Origin: an uncultured bacterium
GTDB lineage: Bacteria > Gemmatimonadota > Gemmatimonadetes > Gemmatimonadales > Gemmatimonadaceae
DNA length: 24,791 nt
Assembly (NCBI GenBank): GCA_963978095.1
Contig: CAXBQP010000047.1
Span: 1 to 24,791 of the forward strand
Direction of reading: 5' to 3'
The translations under genes and the position numbers were made by a program. The notes under the pieces were generated by a model. That model was not told the DNA's origin. It made no database searches and was given only the letters and a program-made list of their open reading frames with translations. Below are positions 17,633 through 24,791 of this stretch, in pieces; the first letter of the stretch is position 1; each line of letters opens with the position of its first letter.

Positions 17633-19032
17633 GGCTGCTTGGGTGTGGGTGGAGGCGTCGCCGGCTTCTTCCGGGTTGATTTCTTCGTGGAGTCGCTCGG
17701 AACACGCGCCGTGTCGGACTTCACTTCGGCATACGCGCCGATGGCCTGATCCTTCACGTGAACATCCCGCACCTTTCCCTGCTGGAAGGAGAGCGTGATC
17801 ACGCGTCCGGTGACGTAGTTCACGTTCGGAACGGCCGGTGTCTTCTTTGCGCCCGATTGGGCCACCTGGAAATACGATTTCGCGGTGCCGGAACTCACGA
17901 TCTCGCGGACCGCATTCCGCGTGCCCGTATCGGGCGGTTCGGCCGCAATCCTCTCAAAACGTGTGATGATCGTGTCGCCGCGAATCCAGTCGGGTTCCGT
18001 GACGATGATCTTGGTGGAATCCGGCGGGCTTTGCGCGAACGCCTTTCGCACGGCGCGCACCTCCTGCACCTCTTGCTCGGGCATCACGATCTCGATGGAA
18101 TCCGCCACGATGTCCTGCTCGGCGGATTTGGCGCGGGCCCGGGTCGGGCCCCACGCGAAGGCGCGATCAATCTTCTGGTCCCGAAGTCTGAGATCGATGG
18201 AATCCGACGCCAGCGTGACTTCCTTGCTCGTCGCCTTTGCCGTGCCGCGGGCGAGCACTCGGGTCAGCTTCTTCTGTCTCGACCAGGTGTCGATGAACTC
18301 GCCCGACAGGGAAAAGGTGCGCTCGCCGACCCCCGTGATGGCGGGATGCACCGAGAGCTGCATGAACTCAGTTCCGTTGTCCATGAAGGCCGAGTCGGAC
18401 TCCGCGAGGAGATCGGGGCGTTCGATCGTCACCTTGCCCACCGCATACACCAGCGAATCGTTATCGCTGATGATACGGTCGGCGTTCAGAATCACCGTGT
18501 CCTTTCCCGCTTCTCCCGCATCCTTCGGACTCAACCAGACCTTGGCCCGACTGCCCGCCGTGAGCCGGGACCGTGGGCGGATGCCAACAGCCGGACGCAG
18601 ATATTCCGCCCGCGGCGCGGTGAATCGCGTACCGGCGGGGGTGCGGCCGACGACTTTTCCCTCGACGACGATCCGTTCCTCGTTCGTGTAGTACGTCAAC
18701 CGGTCGGAGTCGAGCTTGATTCGATTCTCGAGGTAATGCACGTGCCCGATCAGGATGACCAGACTCTGATCGGGATACTGCTCCAAGCTGTCCGACAGCA
18801 ATCGCTGGTCCGTTCCAGCACACACGGCATCGACGCCGCCCCCCATCCAGACATTGTTCCGTCCGCTCGGCTGGCGGATGATGGTCGTCGCGGTCGTGAC
18901 CTGCCCCTTGGAGCGTACGCCGGCGAGTTCGACGTTGCACTCCCGACCGGCCTGTGCGGCCGCACCGCGCGGCGCCACAAGCGCACACGCCAGCACGATG
19001 GCGAGCGAAGCAGCCGAGGCGCGACGCTGCAT
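17629..19032 (-). CDS. Long OstA/LptA-like periplasmic beta-jellyroll protein, 467 aa
   Basis: Signal peptide, repeated L-x-[SA]DS[LI] and G-x-V beta-strand motifs, and position between lptC and lptB. Confidence 0.75.
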   Translation of the reverse strand: MQRRASAASLAIVLACALVAPRGAAAQAGRECNVELAGVRSKGQVTTATTIIRQPSGRNNVWMGGGVDAVCAGTDQRLLSDSLEQYPDQSLVILIGHVHYLENRIKLDSDRLTYYTNEERIVVEGKVVGRTPAGTRFTAPRAEYLRPAVGIRPRSRLTAGSRAKVWLSPKDAGEAGKDTVILNADRIISDNDSLVYAVGKVTIERPDLLAESDSAFMDNGTEFMQLSVHPAITGVGERTFSLSGEFIDTWSRQKKLTRVLARGTAKATSKEVTLASDSIDLRLRDQKIDRAFAWGPTRARAKSAEQDIVADSIEIVMPEQEVQEVRAVRKAFAQSPPDSTKIIVTEPDWIRGDTIITRFERIAAEPPDTGTRNAVREIVSSGTAKSYFQVAQSGAKKTPAVPNVNYVTGRVITLSFQQGKVRDVHVKDQAIGAYAEVKSDTARVPSDSTKKSTRKKPATPPPTPKQP

Positions 19033-19613
19033 CAGCGGTCCGGCACCGAGACCGCTCCACCTTTGGCACTGAGGACGCGATCGATCTTGATATTGGTCAT
19101 GTCCGGATCGGACTTGAAGCCGATCCCCCGGATCTCGCGACCGTTGGGTTCGGTGAGTACGAATACCGAGTCGCTCAGCAGCTGGTTGATGCGCTGGTCG
19201 AAGTGCACCATCGGCGACGCGAGACGGCGCCCGTCGAGTGAGGTGATCACGACATCCCCCCGGGCCTCGAGCACGCCGTATCGCGAGTTGTAGAGCCCTT
19301 CGCGAGACGTCAGGAGCGCGTCCTTCATGCCGGACGAGTTGAAGAACGTCCCGTTGACCTTCCGCATCTCGATCCGGGTATTCTCATCGAAGAAGAACGA
19401 CGTATCGGCGAGGATCTCCGCGCGCGAGAGACCGCGGTCCGTGATCAAGGTCCGCTGACCGAAGATGATCTGATCGGCGGAATCCGCGAGACTCTTGCTA
19501 CCCTTGCCGATTGGTGGCCGACCCTGCGCCTTCCTGCAGGCGGTCGCGCCGAGAGCGCCCACCACGAGCAGGACCAGGGTCACGACAGCCCGGGCGGTCC
19601 GGTCGGGTCGCAT
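19032..19613 (-). CDS. lptC: LPS export periplasmic protein LptC
   Basis: N-terminal hydrophobic helix ending in ATAC, LptC-like strands (LEARGDVVITS..G..L...I-x-G-x-GF-x-SD), and position after kdsD. Confidence 0.85.
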   Translation of the reverse strand: MRPDRTARAVVTLVLLVVGALGATACRKAQGRPPIGKGSKSLADSADQIIFGQRTLITDRGLSRAEILADTSFFFDENTRIEMRKVNGTFFNSSGMKDALLTSREGLYNSRYGVLEARGDVVITSLDGRRLASPMVHFDQRINQLLSDSVFVLTEPNGREIRGIGFKSDPDMTNIKIDRVLSAKGGAVSVPDR

Positions 19614-20575
19614 CAGACCGTCCCCGCCCGAAGGATGTCATGCAGGTGGATGATGCCGAGGACATGATTCGCGTCGTCGGTCACGGGCATCGCCATGATG
19701 CCCGCCTGCTGCATGCGGTACACGGTCGCGCTCGCCAGTTCGTCAGGGCGCGCGGTGCGCGGCGAACGGGTCATCACGTGATCCACGGTTCGCGTGAACA
19801 GCTCGGATTCGCTCGTGATCCGGCGCGCCAGATCACCGGCGGTCACGACTCCGAGCAGGGCCCCAGCCTCGTCGACGATCACGGCGAGGCCGCGACGTTG
19901 CGCCACCTGCAGCCACGCATCGCGTACGGTCGCCCCTTCGCCGAGGATCGGCAGATCGTCGGTGAGCATGATGCCTCGGACGGTGAGCAGCCTGCGCCCG
20001 AGCGATCCGCCGGGATGCAGGCGCGCAAAATCCTCCCGTCGGAACCCCTTCTCCTCAAGGAGGGTGACGGCGAGCGCGTCACCGATGGCCAGCGCGACCG
20101 TGGAACTGGTGGTCGGCGCGAGATCGTGCGGGCACGCCTCCTCCTCCACCGAGGCGTCCAGAAACACGTCGGCGTGCCGCGCGAGCGTCGACTGTGCCCC
20201 GCCCGTGATCGCGATGATGCGAACGCCCAGTCCGGAGAGTTGCTCGAGCAACGGGAGCAGCTCCGCGGTCTCGCCGCTCTTCGACAGCAGGATCCCCACG
20301 TCGTCCTTGCCGACGATTCCGAGATCCCCGTGGATGCTCTCGACCGGATGGAGGAACGTGGCGGGAGTTCCGGTACTCGTCATGGTTGCTGCGATCTTGC
20401 GACCGATGATGCCCGACTTCCCCACGCCGGCGACGATCACCCGACCAGTACTCGCGGTGATCAGAGCGACCGCCGCCGCAAAGCTGGGGCCGAGTCGCGA
20501 CTCGGTCCGCGCCAACGCGTCGGTCTCGAGGCGGAGCACGCGCCGTCCTCGGGCTACGGTTTCTTCCGCGCTCAC
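19613..20575 (-). CDS. kdsD: Arabinose-5-phosphate isomerase (KpsF/GutQ; SIS + CBS pair)
   Basis: Motifs GVGKSG, HGDLG, SKSGET, EEEACPHDLAPTTS, HPGGSLG and two CBS domains. GTG start overlaps the kdsC stop. Confidence 0.95.
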   Translation of the reverse strand: MSAEETVARGRRVLRLETDALARTESRLGPSFAAAVALITASTGRVIVAGVGKSGIIGRKIAATMTSTGTPATFLHPVESIHGDLGIVGKDDVGILLSKSGETAELLPLLEQLSGLGVRIIAITGGAQSTLARHADVFLDASVEEEACPHDLAPTTSSTVALAIGDALAVTLLEEKGFRREDFARLHPGGSLGRRLLTVRGIMLTDDLPILGEGATVRDAWLQVAQRRGLAVIVDEAGALLGVVTAGDLARRITSESELFTRTVDHVMTRSPRTARPDELASATVYRMQQAGIMAMPVTDDANHVLGIIHLHDILRAGTV

Positions 20576-21149
20576 TGAGTCGCTCCTTGCACGAGGTCCC
20601 CTTCCACATCGAGGGATCGATCGGTGATGTACGCTTCGACGACCTGGTCCCACGTTCCGCGGGCACGGAGAAAGGCCTCGGCGAACTCGCGCACGGCGCC
20701 ACGTCCTCCACACTTTGCAAGCTGAACCTGCGAAGCCGCGCGAGCCTCCGGGGTCGCGTTCCCCACGCTCACCGGCATGCCGACTTTGCGAAGAATCGCC
20801 ACGTCCGGGATATCATCTCCGAGGAAGGCGGTCTGTTCGAGTGTGCCGCCGACCTCGGCGAGCAATTTCACGAGGTTCGGGAGCTTGCGCGCGTGCCGGT
20901 CCTGCGAAAGCCCGTCGACGTTGAGCTCCAGCGCACGGAGGCGCACACTCTCCGATTCGCGTCCGGTGACGATCACCACCTTCAGGCCCGCCCGGCGCAG
21001 GAGGTAGATGCCGAGCCCATCCTGCACGTCGTACCGCTTGAGCTCCACGGGGCTGCCGGCCACATCGCCAAGGATCAAGCCGCCGTCGGTGAGCACGCCG
21101 TCGACGTCCAGCGCGATGACCGTGATGCGGGCGGCCGCGGCCGGAGAGA

Positions 21150-21153
<4 letters not shown>
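20572..21153 (-). CDS. kdsC: KDO 8-phosphate phosphatase (HAD)
   Basis: Motifs LDVDGVLTDG, DVQDGLG, TGR, GDDIPD, GGRGAVRE. ATG 21153 overlaps the kdsA stop. Confidence 0.93.
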
Positions 21154-24202
<3,049 letters not shown>

Positions 24203-24416
24203 TCAACCTGTGTTCCGAGCCTTGGTGTCTCGCCCGACGTTCGCGCTTGGGTGGTGATCACCGGCCTCACGGTCCCGCCCTCGGGCGGAATGCTGGAAGT
24301 GGGCTAACAGTTAGGAGGCCGAATAAATAACCGCACCCGGAGCATCATTTTTTGCCCCCAAGGGTGGGGGAGTAGCGCCGTGGGGCGGCCCTACATCAGG
24401 CAGAAGAGCACTCTAC

Positions 24417-24611
24417 ATGTCGATCGAACTCGTGATCCTCTGCGTGGCGGCGCTTGTCGCGGGCTTCGTCGATGCCATCGTGGGCGGCGGCGGTCTGATT
24501 CAACTGCCCGCGCTGCTCCTGTTTCTGCCGCCCAAGCTTTCCGCGTCGATGCCCGTGGTCTTCGGCACGAACAAGCTCTCGTCCCTGTGCGGCACCTCGG
24601 TCGCCGCCGCC
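24417..24611 (+). pseudogene. TSUP (TauE/SafE, YfcA-like) transporter, N-terminal about 65 codons; family resemblance is lost afterwards
   Basis: Not in the ORF track because the frame runs off the window end. Translation is MSIELVILCVAALVAGFVDAIVGGGGLIQLPALL...FGTNKLSSLCGTSVAAA, then hydrophilic non-TSUP sequence. Confidence 0.75.
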
Positions 24612-24791
24612 GGCAGGGCCAGCGTCAACCCCAGGCAGACGGGCAGCAGCGAACAGATGCGGGCGATGGTAGAGGCCATGACCGCAACCTTGGCGGGTCG
24701 GCGTCGTCTTGACAAGTGGTTCCAGCCGCGCGGACGCCACGGTGGCGTCGCCGTGGGCAGCGTGCCAGCTCTTGATGTCGGATTGGGTAGG

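Overview
High-GC (roughly two-thirds G+C by eye) bacterial chromosomal window. Gene content and style suggest a diderm such as Gemmatimonadota; this is an inference, not a verified assignment. Left part (+ strand): the 3' end of a large Thr/Ala/Ser-rich Ig-like repeat surface protein, tRNA-Arg(CCT), two paralogous small secreted two-Cys proteins of no family I recognise, an Adhesin-E-like protein, a copA-csoR copper module with a CsoR operator, and a YfgM-like TPR membrane protein. Right part (- strand): a roughly 16.5 kb, almost fully translationally coupled run of kdsB'-pyrG-kdsA-kdsC-kdsD-lptC-lptA(long)-lptB(N-extended)-rpoN-GT2-GT4-flippase-like-YfhO(GT-C)-polyprenol-P glycosyltransferase-dapF. 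The two blocks converge on a 28-bp dif-like XerCD site at 7592-7619, probably the chromosome terminus. The right end holds two apparent chimeric junctions: gcvT 5' end fused in frame to a 5'-truncated kdsB, and a TSUP transporter broken after about 65 codons. These could be real rearrangements but more likely are amplification or assembly chimeras. The best candidates for undescribed biology are the paralogous secreted pair, the atypical Lpt bridge with a LptB N-terminal domain, and the lipid-carrier glycosylation cassette co-transcribed with the Kdo/Lpt genes.
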